A stretch of DNA of 63,848 nt from NCBI GenBank assembly GCA_013115125.1, contig JABANN010000132.1, positions 1 through 63,848 of the forward strand, given 5' to 3'. How positions within the stretch are numbered: the stretch's first letter is position 1; the number at the start of each line of letters is the position of its first letter. The notes under the pieces were generated by a model. The model saw only the letters and a program-made list of their open reading frames with translations, was not told the origin of the DNA and made no database searches. This DNA comes from Perkinsus olseni. Lineage: Eukaryota. The translations under genes and the position numbers were made by a program. This document shows positions 1-12,506 of this stretch, piece after piece.

Positions 1-104
1 ATACGGCAGACAGAGCCACACAGAGAGACAGAACCGCACACAATACAATTGCTTTAGTATCGTTCTCTCACAGCCGTGACCAGTAGTCGCCAATACTTCC
101 CCAG

Positions 105-678
105 GCCCCAAAACGGCTCTGCCAAACACGACATACTTGAGCACCCCGATATCGTGGCCATAGCCAAGGCCCACAACAAGTCTCCCGCTCAGGTGAAGTG
201 CCGCTCTGTAATTTACAGAGCGATTTACAGACTGTAAATCGTTTTGATTTGCCTTCCGGTGTGCGGACTCTACTCGTATGTCGCATAACGCCACGATGAA
301 TTCTGACGTATTTCAGGTCGTTGAGAGGTGGAACATACAGAGAGGTGTCACAGTCATCCCGAAGAGCACAAAGCCTGCTCGCGTGATCGAGAACTCCCAA
401 GTCTTCGACTTCGAGCTCAGTGATGCTGAGATGGTAAGTTAGCATGTCGGGACATGGCAGTCGTAGCGGCGCCCTCCGACTCGGACCCTCCTCTCCCGAG
501 CTGGCTCACGATTACCGCTCGAGTGACCCACTGTTTACCTCTCGCTTTTCAGGAACGTATCAAGGACATTGCCCGCGACCCCAAGAATCGTCATCGCACC
601 TTCAACCCTCCTTTCCGCCCCAACGGAGTTCGTGTCTTCGAGCACGTTCAGGCCGCCGAGGATGCCTATGAATTTTAG
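105..678 (+). CDS. Aldo-keto reductase, copy 1 (last three exons only; 5' part lies outside the window)
   Basis: Spliced translation ...[87 protein letters not shown]...YEF*. Contains the AKR IPKS cofactor-binding motif; GT-AG introns at the same positions as in copies 2 and 3. Confidence 0.9.
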
Positions 679-1701
679 ACCTACTCGCGGTCGCATGTCT
701 CAGATGTTCCGTGGACGAATTCCCTTTTTCATTACTATTTGTGACAGACACTATTTTTGTCCAAGTCGGTAGTGCCCTTGCGAATAAGCCGTGCGTTGCA
801 TAGAGTATTCGATCTCACTCTCCATGTCTGCCAGAGTTGAGGGCTAAGTGTGGTATCCATAGTAGTACGGCCCGCCAATGTGCGTTGCTCTACTATTAGC
901 TATGCGCTCTACTCTCTTGCACCATAGTGACGAGTACACCCTATGTAACTGCTCTTCAGAGAACACTATTCACAATCAGTACTATCCAGCTATTCGACTA
1001 TGACTCCAACTACTTCTTCAACTGCTTATTATTGCGATAAGTCACCGGCCCCCTAACTTCATTCGACTAACCCGCTCAACGATCATGAACTGTTTTCCTT
1101 CGTCATCTTGCCGTCTCCATCGGCAGCATGCCATGAATCGTAGGCAACCACCTCGATTATTAAGTACCCTCATGCATCGTAACAGTCGTATGCGTACAGC
1201 ATATTGTGTAGTGGTGATCGAGTCATTCATGGCTCAGGCTCACCTTTCCCCACGGACAATGAGCTTCGCTCGTTTCCAATCAGTGGCGGCCTAGTGTTGA
1301 CAGTAAGCTGACATCGTATCGGGGTGTTCAATCATTAATTGGGGTTGAAGGTAGCACGCTGAGAGTCCCGTAGTCACTGGCTGCGAGACTTACGGGTTTT
1401 TTACCATCCTTAACCTCCCCGAAGTACTGCCTGGTCACCAGACACACCAGACCCTGGTACAAGACTTATCCGCTTCGGTGTATGGCTGCTTCATAGTCCT
1501 TCATGTACAGCTTTTACCAGCTGCACGGGTCGATGAGTTTTGTGTGGGCCCTGCGTAGCTGAGCAGGATTTGTGTCGATAATGGACGCTGAGTCATAGTC
1601 CGCATGCTTCAGCTTGAGCTACCGATGGTGCATACATGTGGCATCGCAAAGAGGAATCCTATCTCTCTCTTGTTTCATCAGTTGATCGAGTGGGAACGAG
1701 T

Positions 1702-1747
1702 TACGAAGGCATCGTCAGACGATGCCTTCGTAGACGATGATCGTCTA
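1702..1747. repeat. Two overlapping perfect inverted repeats
   Basis: tacgaaggcatcgtc-a-gacgatgccttcgta (15-bp arms, 1702-1732) overlapping tagacgat-g-atcgtcta (8-bp arms, 1731-1747). Confidence 0.9.
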
Positions 1748-2232
1748 GGTTCCACATGAATCCGAACACGAGGCAGCTAGGCCGCGACACTATCTTCATC
1801 TCTCGTCGATCGCGCAAAAAACATGAGAGTTGAGTGATAGATCACTTAAGCCTAGCAGAAGACAGCAACACAATATCCTAGCGTGAGGAGCGACAGCCGA
1901 CACGACAGCATTGAGACATGCCTGACGTACAATATTGTCGACGCTACATGCCTGGCAATTCCTCACTGCCCTGTATCCCAGGCTGGTGTTAACAGGACGC
2001 CTGCTAGCTCCTATGAGGAATAGCGTAAGCGTGCATGTCCGCCCAGTCTAGCGTGGAACGCGGCAGCCACTACGGCATCTTCTGAATTCGCTTGTTCACG
2101 GTGGGGCGGCTCTTTGCGATCGATCGTTAGCCGCGTGGCTATCCATCAACATCTAGTGCCTATGGATGTTGTGATAGGTCTTCAGGTAACGCCAAGATTT
2201 CCACCGTCACCCACAGGGGTAAATCCTACGGG

Positions 2233-2270
2233 GAACCACTTTAGCCATGACGAACCACTTTAGACATGAC
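2233..2270 (+). repeat. 19-bp tandem duplication
   Basis: gaaccactttagccatgac followed by gaaccactttagacatgac (one mismatch). Confidence 0.85.
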
Positions 2271-2508
2271 GATCGTTGTCCTCTTCTCTCAATCTCCACC
2301 ATGTGAACTGTGTTTGTGTGATGCCAAGGATGTTGGCATCATGTGCAGAGTATCCGCATCCTACGGACTGTAGGGCTTTGCGTACGCGTGCGTAGCTTTT
2401 TCCCATCGGGGCGACGCCTAATAAGACTGTTTCTAGCTGACGTGCTTCTAACTACCTTCCGTTTCAGTAGTTCACCGCTCACCATTACTCTCGGTCTTCT
2501 CGTCTGTC

Positions 2509-4006
2509 ATGTCAAGTCCAAAGCAGGTAAGATTCGGACTTGAGAATCTCTTTTCTATCTTTTGGGCTGCAGAGTAGGCGGTAGATTGTTTCCGCTAATA
2601 TATATGTGTTTCGAATATTGCCGGATCTCAGGTGCCCAGCGTGACCCTCAACAACGGGATGAAGATGCCTCTTATCGGCTTGGGTACTTACCTCACTCCC
2701 GATGACGTAGCTCCCACCGCCGTTGTGGCCGGTATCAAGGCGGGTTATCGCTACATTGACACCGCCTTCATGTGAGAGGATGTGGAGCTAGTCTTTTCTG
2801 GATTGCATGTTGTTTCTCAGTTACCAGAACCACCGCGGCGTCGGCGAGGGCATCAACAAGGCGATCAAGGAGGGTATCGTCACTCGAGAGGAGCTCTTCG
2901 TCACCACCAAGTTGTGGTTGGTCTACTATCGTCCTGACCTCGTCCGACCTGCTGTGGAGCAGTACCTCAAGGAACTAAAACTCGACTTTGTTGACCAGAT
3001 CTTGATGCACTGGCCTTGTCCACTCGAGAAGCACGACCCTGCCTAAGAGTGAGTTGTCGTATTATAAGCTTTGTAGACAGCGGTTCATTGGTCTTTTCGG
3101 TGGTTCTAGTGAGGCATTCAACTTTTCAGTCCCAACTGGAAATGGCCCAAGAATGACAAGGGCGAGTTCGACGCCATGCCTGGTGTGAAGCTGATCGATA
3201 CTTGGAGGGAGTTGGAGAAGTGCGTTGATGATGGATTGGTGAGCAGCTGCAACGCTGCATTCTTCATCCTCACAGTGTCATGCCAGGTCCGATCTATCGG
3301 TGTGAGTAACTTCGATACCAACGAGATTGATGAGATCCTCGCCATGTGCCGCATCAAGCCTGTAGTGGATCAGATCGAGGTAGTTGGTCATCATCAGTAG
3401 GTGGGGGTTATAACCCCTTCAGGTACATCCTTACTTCCCCCAATGGCGTATGCTGGATTACTGCAAAAAGCATGATATCCACGTTGTGGCCTACGCCCCT
3501 CTTGGAAGCCCTGGCAACATGTGAGTGTTCGTCCTAAGCATCCAGGAGGTCTCGCGACGCGGTCGTTCTAGGCCGGATGATGGTTCCACCAAATACAATA
3601 TCCTCAAGCATCCTGATATCATCGCTGTCGCGAAGGCCCACAACAAGTCCCCGGCCCAGGTGATCGCGCACAGACGGTCTCAATTTTCATATTTGCCCCT
3701 TTGTTGTAGGTTTGCATAAGGTGGAATATACAACGCGGGCTCACGGTGATTCCCAAGAGCACCAAACCTGAACGTGTCATCGAGAACTTCCAGGTCTTTG
3801 ACTTTGAACTCACCTCTGATGAAATGGTAAGTTGATCTGAGCCTCGCGAAGCTTATTGTTTTGACTGGCTCCTTCCTCAGGAGCGCATTACTAACATCGC
3901 CCGTTCACCAGAAAACCGTCATCGCACTTTCGACTGTGCATTCCGACCAAATGGTGAACGTGCATTCGACCATGTTAAGGCGATTGAGAAGGCTTATGTC
4001 TTCTGA
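2509..4006 (+). pseudogene. Aldo-keto reductase, copy 2, multi-exon, with an in-frame TAA at 3044-3046
   Basis: MSSPKQ|VPSVTLNNGMKMPLIGLGTY...GYRYIDTAF..Y..ELFVTTKLW...ILMHWP...SIGVSNF...IPKS. Catalytic D/Y/K/H residues are present, but the exon reads KHDPA*D|PNW where copy 3 reads HRDPKDD|PDW. Confidence 0.75.
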
Positions 4007-4736
4007 AGGTTGCATTTACTAGCAACCTATCGAAGTGGCCATCACGTTCAACGATAACAGGTTATCCCCGGCTACCTTTCCGTATTTACCAGTCGTGTGC
4101 CACAGACTGTGGGCAACTGTTTCGACTATTAACGGGATATCTCTCGTGCTGCGTAACAGTCGTATGCGTACAGCATCTCGGGGAGTGGGGATCGAACGAC
4201 TTCTACTAATTTCTCATTATTAGTTGCCTCGCGTTACCAGTGCACAGACAGTAGCGGTGTGGAAAGCTTCCACCAGTGTCACGTTTCTCTTGCCATTGAC
4301 ATCCCAGGTAGAGTTACTCCACGTGTTCCTGATGGTGTTGGATCAATTGGAACCGTTGGGATAGTGTAATTGTCCTTTCGCGAAGAGTTTTGCCTAGTTC
4401 CGCGGCTCTCCCTGCTCAAAATAGCGACTCTCATGGGCCTTACCGGAAGTTCCTCTAACAGTTCCGACGCTCTCGTCCTCTGTGAACTCGCCTGATCCTC
4501 CAGTTCTTGGTGGGGCTCTCTGTCAGGATGGAAGGGAGGCGTTTACGATCCTTCTCAAGAGAGTAAATGCGCGGTTCCGTCACAATCAGCTGCACGCATG
4601 CCCACATCGTCACTGTGCGGACTCCGAGCTTTAAGAGTGTCAGATCTTCTCAACCGGCTGCCTCCTTGTGTTGCATCTTTCGCGAGCGAGGGTTCCGTAC
4701 TCGATACAACTGCTAGCCTCAACCTTGTTGAATATC

Positions 4737-6628
4737 ATGATCATTCCCGCCTTCGTGTGTGCAGTGGGCTGTGCTGTGGCTTCAACCTTCGAACAGGTAG
4801 TGCCGCTGATAGAACTCGCAAAGATGGTGGATGAAGGTGCGAAGTTGTTGCCCTCTGTCAGAGCTCATCTATCATCCTCAATAACGGGGTGAAGATGCCT
4901 GTGGTCGGCCTTGGTACCTTCATGGCCCCTGATGATGAGGTGGCCGAGGCGGTCTATGCTGCCATCGAGGCTGGCTACAGGCACATCGACACTGCCTTCG
5001 CGTAAGTAGGATGGTTTCGCTGTCGTAATGCCTCTCCGGATACCGAATTCGTTATGTTACTGGTCCTCTGCCTTACCGGGCCCATAATCCTCCCGCTCCA
5101 GATCAGTGGTCATCCAAACTGAATGATCTGGTTGCGGGCGTCATTGATAAGGGGTTGCACGTCGGGCGTCTGTTGTGCGCAAATCCCTGATACACGATCC
5201 TTGATGGCCTGATGAATCGGAGCTGTGCTCGGGCACCAGTGACCCGATTTGTCTCAGTACCTGGTCGATATGATCTAGCCAGGTACCACAATCATCGCGG
5301 CGTAGGTGAAGCGCTGAAGCGAGCGATCGACAAAGGTCTCGTTGAGCGGAAGGACATCTTCCTCGTCACTAAGTTGTGGATGACGCAGTTCCGCCCCGAT
5401 CTGGTTCGACCTGCAGTGGAACAAATGTTGGCAGAGCTCGAGGTTGACTACATCGATCAAATGCTGCTGCACTGGCCTGTGCCATTCGAGCATCGTGATC
5501 CAAAGGATGAGTAGTTTGGTGAGGGCAGGAATCATCTCACAGCCGAAGCGTGCCGTCGCTCGGACGGATGAGAGCCCGGCGTTTCGAAACTCTCTCGTTG
5601 TAGTCCCGACTGGCAAATGCCCAAAACACCGGAGGGCCACATCGCCGCCGATATGAGTATAAACATAATCGACACGTGGAGGGAGCTTGAGAAGTTGTAC
5701 GATGAGGGGAAGGTGGGTTTCTTCTACTATAACGAAGACAAGGGAAATCCGCCTTTAGCTTTCGTGCTCCCCGAGTCTGGCTTCCACTCCGTCGCGTCAT
5801 TGCCGTTTCTGTGAAGATCAGGAGTCTTGGCATCAGCAACTTCGAACAGAATGAGATAGATGAACTCTTGAAGGAGGCAAGGATCAAGCCTGTCGTCAAC
5901 CAGGTTGAGGTAACGCGGCTGTGCCTGCCGCCTTCGAGAGCCATCTTGACTCTAGGTTCATCCACTGTGGCCGCAGGAACGCCTCATCAAGTTCTGCAAG
6001 CAGCGCGGTATAGAGGTCGTTGCATACGCTCCACTTGGGAACCCGGCCTTCCAGTAGAGATCGTTGACCTCATAACTGCGCCCAATATCTAGCGAAGAGA
6101 GCTGGCACCGGACCCTCAATGCCTCTCAGGCCGCATGGTGACGGGCCCAAGCCGAACATTCTCACAGTCCCCGCGGTAGTGGAGATCGGTAAGCGCCACG
6201 GCAAAACGCCGGCACAGGTGAGTGGGTCTCTGTCGCCTTTCCGGGTTGGCTCCCGGAACTGATATGGAACAGTACTTCTGGTGCCGCCGCGCTAGCCACG
6301 CTCGAGACTGGTGATTCAGGTTGCTATCCGCTGGGCCATGCAGCGCGGCACGATTGTTATCCCGAAGAGCATCAAGCCTCATCGTGTGGTCGAGAATTTC
6401 AACGTCTTTGATTTTGATCTCAGTCCACAGGAGATGGTGAGGACTCTCAACGCTCATAGCGCTTGAGTAGGATCCTCGAGTCTTCAGGAACAAATCGACG
6501 AGATTGGGCGAGATCCGAGGCACCGTATTCGTGTGTTCAACCCGCCTATGCGCCCCAACGGCGTGCCGGTCTTCTCTGAAAGTGACGCCCACTTCGATGC
6601 TGCTGAGCTAGATGATGCTGAACTGTAA
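4737..6628 (+). CDS. Aldo-keto reductase, copy 3, with a hydrophobic N-terminal extension
   Basis: [40 protein letters not shown]...[18 protein letters not shown]...MLLHWP...SLGISNF...IPKS...AELDDAEL*. Intron positions are conserved with copy 2. Confidence 0.88.
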
Positions 6629-7382
6629 TCATCGAAGCTGCTGATTCCTACCCGATATACTTGTGGCCATGTGTCTCCATTGTTCGGACCCGTCGACTCT
6701 TCGCCATAGACGATACGGGTGTGGTAGTGTTTTTTCAACGTGAAACTGTGGTGGTGTTGTTAAGTCAGCCGATTGGCCACGCTCGATCTTGGCAACGGAT
6801 AGATTCTGAATCTGATAAAGCGCTCGTGCCCTTTCGTTTATCATTGAATCAAGCGAACGCTTTCTTGTGTGGAGGGAACCTGTTATCCTGCGGGGCGAGC
6901 AGGATTCAGCAAGCTTCTATTTGAAGACACGGCAAGAAGCTCAAAACCGTCACTTTGTGTGTGTTACGGAATCGCACGATTCCAACGTCGCCACAACGAT
7001 CCAATACGTACGATAATCTCCACATAGAAGATACCGTACATCCACCAGCACACTGCGCACAAGTGCCTCTAACGTCCAACACTATAGTTCGCGAGTGGGC
7101 CAGTGTCAGGGCTCCAGCCATGCTGAACAATCAGTGTTATAGGGGATGCTGGCAAAGCCTAATGCCTCACAAGAACGCAGGGCTCCGCAAGCAAGTGCTG
7201 AGGGGGTTCAGCACTGTGATGAGGCCTGTCAGTTAGCTGAGGTCTACCAGGACCTGGCAATGTGTATGCGTCCGCATGCACGCATCTTCGCTAGATGTGC
7301 GGAGCTCGCTGAGCGTTCGTCCTGCAGAGCATGATCCACGATGGGATTCACAGTGAACATCATATTTTGGTTCAAATCCTCG

Positions 7383-8159
7383 ATGAGATGCATCAACATT
7401 CCGTTCATCATCGCGGCGTTTGTCGTCGCTGAAATGGTTGACTATGGCTTCGCTGACGAGGGCTTTCTGGACTTATCTGCTGGCCCCTCCCACTTCTCCT
7501 TCCCTCCGAACTGCTCAAAGACTGCCAAGCCGAAGGACAAGCCCTTCTGTGCAACAGGAGAAGTTGATCTCGGACTGAAGTGGTTGGTCAATATCGATAT
7601 CTACCTCTTTGATGCGTTCGACCCCAGCAAGACTGTCCTGTTCGGTTTCAACGCCACAATCAATGAAGGCATTCCTGAAGCCTTGGAGGTTAGAACAGGT
7701 GGTTGTGCAGCCCCTGTCGTGGACGACTTGATACCGAAGTTTCTGCCGCACTTTTATGGAATGGTTGTTACCGTATGTACATCAGGAGGTGGCCCGGGCA
7801 AATATGACCCGAAAACCCAAAGCTTCTCGGCCCCGTTCAACATCTCTGGCGACTCGGCACTGTATATCAATGGGATGAGGAGCCGATTCGTGTTTCCTTT
7901 CAACGGTGATGGAGACTCGTGGGTAAAGCCTCATTTTGATGTGGGCCTCACCGCGCCAATAACATTCAGCGCTGGAGGTCCCAAGGTTCTCGAAATCTCC
8001 CTGAGCTACATTAATACCATCGCTACAGTAAACGGCTCCGTCTTGACTTGGCACTTGTTCAACGGTATGAGCTTTGACATTCACTCCGACATCACTGGTC
8101 ACCACTATCACAATAGGACATTTGCGAACGAGACTATTCAACTACAGCCTCCACAGTGA
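7383..8159 (+). CDS. Intronless lineage-specific secreted protein, family A paralogue 1
   Basis: Part of ORF 7341-8159 with the likely start at MRCINIPFIIAAFVVA (signal-like). Shares GPSHFSFPPNCS..KPKD..C.TGE.DLGLKWLVN, WVKPHFD, GSVLTWH and IQLQP with two other ORFs. Confidence 0.8.
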   Translation: MRCINIPFIIAAFVVAEMVDYGFADEGFLDLSAGPSHFSFPPNCSKTAKPKDKPFCATGEVDLGLKWLVNIDIYLFDAFDPSKTVLFGFNATINEGIPEALEVRTGGCAAPVVDDLIPKFLPHFYGMVVTVCTSGGGPGKYDPKTQSFSAPFNISGDSALYINGMRSRFVFPFNGDGDSWVKPHFDVGLTAPITFSAGGPKVLEISLSYINTIATVNGSVLTWHLFNGMSFDIHSDITGHHYHNRTFANETIQLQPPQ

Positions 8160-9595
8160 TTCTTCGGTCCATCAACTATACCTCTGCCGCTTCGTTGGTA
8201 ACCACATGGCCTCGTTACGCAGCTGCAGATGACCGTCGTCTCAGCTGCTGCGAACGCGCTCCGTACTGATTCTCCTAAAGCCAGTCACGCTTCTTGACAT
8301 CTTCCATTCGAAGTAGTGAGCACTGTTGAGATGAACTATTATCAGTCGCCTAGGTCTCATTTCAACCGCCTCTCTTTTGATCTCAACGAAACCTTCTCAT
8401 TTTCAAGTCATACTTATGAGTTGTCTGCCTCACTACAAAACCATCTTTGTACAAGTGCGGCCGTAGTGTTGCCAGTTGAGCTGGAGCTACCTTAGGAACT
8501 CACCGTTCATGGAGACCTCCGAACCACACGACAAGATTTTCCCGCAGCTGGGCAGGTTTCTGCCGCAAAATCGGCTTGTGAGTGGAACTAGGACTCGTAA
8601 CGTGGAACGAAGCTCTTTTAGGGACCATCACGAGCTGTTTTCGAATGAAGTTCGCCGCAGCTGTGATGGCAATGCCTTCAAGGCATCCCGTTGGTCCTCG
8701 CCGAATGTGTCGCCCTTGTCGAGGACTCTGAGCTCGATTGTTCTAACCTTCAAGAGCTAGTCTTTCGTTGAGACACTGATGAATCTTTTAGAGTGGCCAC
8801 TGTAACTGACTGCAAGTCGACTTTCTGAGCTGAGAGCTGTGCGGGCTTTGATCGTTGCGTCAGCGGCGCTATGTGCATCTAATTGGATATGTATTGCGTC
8901 TTCGAACTACTGGAATGAGGTAATCGACTGGAGACTTTCTGACCGACTACAAACACACGCAACGACCGGTATATGGTCGTGAAGGGAGGCTCTACCGAGT
9001 CCACGTGATTTCGAAGAGTTCGTTTTCGTTTTCCCCAGGGTTCTGCGAGAAGGCTGAATTGACCTCCTCAGCCCAACTGGCTCGAAATATCCTGCTGAAT
9101 GATGCATCACCAATGGGGCGCCGCGTACTGTTGTATTGTGCGCGGATGTCTCCCGGAGCCGACTTGTGCGCAGATCGTGACTTGTCTGGGCCCTAACCCT
9201 ATGGACTCCAATGGAGCCACTCCACAGTATGGAGGGCTGGCTGTAGAGCTTGTTCAACCATTGCATAGCTTTGTGAGTCCACAGGTTAACTCCACAGAGT
9301 GCTGAGTGGCGGGAGTAATGTGAAAGGCACGGAGCGGGGGGTTTTCTGCAATTACCACTCCACGCCCTCACAAAACAGAATACGCCCCATAGCAACACAC
9401 GTGCGCACGGGCGACTTTTTCCTCTGCCTCGTTAAGATCCTCGGGTTTGACATCTCAATGTTCGATACCTCGAGGATGGCGGGATTTTTCGTGTAACTTC
9501 TTTCTTAGCAGCATCTTCTGGGCGAATGACGCACTTGAGGAAGCAGGTTGCCAGGATTCATAGTCTATTGGTGATAGTCTTGAACTTTGTCCACC

Positions 9596-10360
9596 ATGAA
9601 AGTGATTCACCTCGAGGTAGCCATGATGGTGCTCGTAGCATGCGGGACTATTGATGGAGGCCTCGTTGAAGATGTTCCACAACGCGTATCGACTGGCCCT
9701 TCCCACTTCTCTTACCCTCCTAACTGCTCAGAGATCGCTAAACCGAAAGACCAGGTCTACTGTGTAACCGGCGAACTGGATCTCGGCCTGAAGTGGTTGG
9801 TCAATATCGATATGTTCCTCTTTGATGTGTTTAACCCTATCAAGACTGCCCTGTTCGGCATCAACGCCACAATCAATAAGGGCATCCCGGAAGCACTAGA
9901 GGTTCGAACTGCTGGTTGCGCAACTCCCGTTCTGTCTGAAGCCTTCAAATTTCTCAAGATAAACCAGGGCGTGACAGTGTGTACATCCCAAGGTGGCCCG
10001 GGAAAGTGTGACTCCGGAACCAAGAGCTGCGTGGCTCCGTTCAACGTCTCCGGCTATTTTGGCTTATACAACGACAGATCCCTCTGGTTGAAGTGGCCCT
10101 TCACCTACAAGGCTTACGCTTGGGTCAAACCTCATTTCGATATGGGCATCAACGCTACCTATACAATCACTGGCGGGGATCCTGATATCATCCAATTTTC
10201 ACTAAGCTTCATCGACACCATCCGCTCAGTGAACGGCTCCGTCTTGACGTGGCATATCCACAACGGAGGGAGCTTCGACACGTACATGACCCGTTACGGC
10301 CATAGCTACCACAATTGGACGATCGTTGACAAGACCATTCAGCTGCAGCCTTCTAAGTGA
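9596..10360 (+). CDS. Intronless lineage-specific secreted protein, family A paralogue 2
   Basis: MKVIHLEVAMMVLVACG signal-like start; collinear with paralogue 1 over the full length. Confidence 0.8.
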   Translation: MKVIHLEVAMMVLVACGTIDGGLVEDVPQRVSTGPSHFSYPPNCSEIAKPKDQVYCVTGELDLGLKWLVNIDMFLFDVFNPIKTALFGINATINKGIPEALEVRTAGCATPVLSEAFKFLKINQGVTVCTSQGGPGKCDSGTKSCVAPFNVSGYFGLYNDRSLWLKWPFTYKAYAWVKPHFDMGINATYTITGGDPDIIQFSLSFIDTIRSVNGSVLTWHIHNGGSFDTYMTRYGHSYHNWTIVDKTIQLQPSK

Positions 10361-10818
10361 CTTGTCATTTTTATGGATGCCCACAAGGACATCTGCGCCC
10401 GGCGTGGCGGCATCGGCTAATATGTAGTAGCGTCTATGTCGCCTGATGGAGGCTTCTTCCGGCATGAACAATTTTTGGTCGGGCAGAGAGTCATTTAGCC
10501 AGCAGCTTATTTCTGCAGTATTCAAGTCGTTACAACCTCTTTAGTATTTTCCAATTCCCGTCGATCAGTAACCACCGTGATTCTAGCAGCGCGGCTGTTG
10601 CGTGGAATAAGTATCTTTGCCTAACAAACACGTCCTCGCTGAACAAAGATTGAGAACGATATGGCAACTCTCAGGCTACTCCCTCGTCCACGGTCACATG
10701 ACTGCAAAGTTCTGTTTCAGAGTCAATCCCTGAGGTAAGATTTGAAGATGCGGTACTCGGGTATCGAACAACTCAACTCGCCCCGCTTTTGTTAATTCAT
10801 GAAACATGTATGAAGATA

Positions 10819-12198
10819 CTATTGGAAGGTATTCAGCCAATCAGTGACGCGGACCCCCATCGAGTCATCTGTTGTGCTCTTATGCATCGCCGGATGGGGT
10901 ACTGGCATGCCTATCGAGGAGAACTGGTCATTCACGGCCACCAATAAACGGCCTCTACCGCCGTATATCGATGCTCCGATCCATATCAAGTCAGTGGGGT
11001 CCATCGAGGGGTCGGTGTCGAAGATTGTGATGCTTTCCGATGAGAAATTGGGCAACCTAGCGAGCAGTGCCAAAGGCTCAGGTGCTGGGTTCATGGCTCA
11101 CTTATCAGAGACCAGCAAGGCGAAAGCTTGAAGGATATCGGCCTCCAACGAGACACATCTTGACCGTCCCCCTACGAAGTAGACCTTCGACGCTACATGC
11201 CGTCGGACATCGATAGGGCACTTGGTTACAGCTTCCACCATTGCTGATACAACCTGAGATCAACCTCTCCACACTCTCGCAACTCTGGAAGGCTCACCAG
11301 CTCTAGGATCTCATCTCCACTATGTGAATGCTCATCCGTAGGACGTGATCGTGCCTTCTGCGAGCAGGGAATAGACAGTCAGTTTCAGCTCTGCCGACTC
11401 ACTCCGTAGGATGCGGACTCCGCCGCGGCTTCCATGACGGGCATGCACGCGAAGACGGGCACTACCCGGCTGGAGCTGTGCCCCATGTCCACAACGAGAG
11501 CGGTAGGCTGACCGATAGCATACCTGAGTTACTCGTCTCCCCACACCCCCCATGAGCGCCACTTAACAGACTCAATGGTGCTCCTAATGTGACCATTCTC
11601 CACTTGCAGCGGAACCGGTGCGCCAGCATGTCGGAGACCTTTCCGAACACGTCCCGGGTAAGAGAGCGACCCGCAGCACAGGCGTACTGAATCTCGGATG
11701 TATCTCGGAGTGAACATGTTCTCTAGCACCAGGATTCTCGTATCGCCCCAGGAGTCAGCGTTGGTCGGAGGGCTCACTAAAAGTCGATCCAGCAAGACCT
11801 GAGGTTGCACGACGAAGCAACAGCGACTGAGGGGCTGCTGACTGACATGTCCGAGAAAGCTCTCGAGCTCATCGGGGGTCCAGTCTTCCCAGCGATCATG
11901 AAGAGACCGAATCCTCCATCGTGGTTTGCACTCAGTAGCATAGCCAACCTGTGGGAAAGATCAGTGCCTGAGCTGCTCGAGTCTGCCACCTTCCACGTGT
12001 GAAGTCCCATGTCAATAACAGCGGTGGGGCGTCTCCCTGAGGTCACATCTCGGGGGTCGACCGACCGAAACCATGCTCACGTAAGCTCGCTTTCGTCATC
12101 ATGGATGACACAGAGGTCACCGACCGACGAGCCAGTCCAGCAAGAGGGGGTGCATGGGGCTTCAGTATTGGAGATAGTTGAGGGGACAGGCCGGACAT
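10819..12198 (-). CDS. Divergent actin-related protein, Arp11/ACTR10-like (dynactin), multi-exon
   Basis: Exons give RRPTAVIDMGLHTWKV (actin phosphate-1 region), LLDRLLVSP...RILVLENMFTPRYIRD, VTKCPIDVRRHVASKVYFVGG, LIWIGASIYG and C-terminal VTDWLNTFQ*, matching ACTR10-type motifs (CPID, terminal xDW). Confidence 0.72.
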
Positions 12199-12506
12199 GT
12201 CCACGAGGTGCCTCAAGAACTGCCGCTGTCCGGCGCCGGTGTCGCGTCTTGGTAGTCCGAAGCGAATCAGTGGGCTCAGTGTTACTGAGACTCGGAGCGG
12301 ACGACGCACAATTCACAGCGCAACGCTTCGGCTGGCAAACTAAATCTGTTATCATGGGAGCGTGTTCATTGACTAGTTCCCTCTTGGTCGTGGCGGTCTG
12401 CTAAATGTCAGCTCAGTAGTGGTAGGAGGCGGCGAGCACAGTGTTGCCGAGGCACGGCCGAGATAAGCACCTTCCCCCAGCTGAGACAGAGGTCACTGGC
12501 CAGTAG

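Noticed and set aside
11690-11745. RILVLENMFTP first looked like a UHM/RRM motif
   Set aside because: Flanking exons carry actin-fold motifs, so an Arp11-like protein explains it better.
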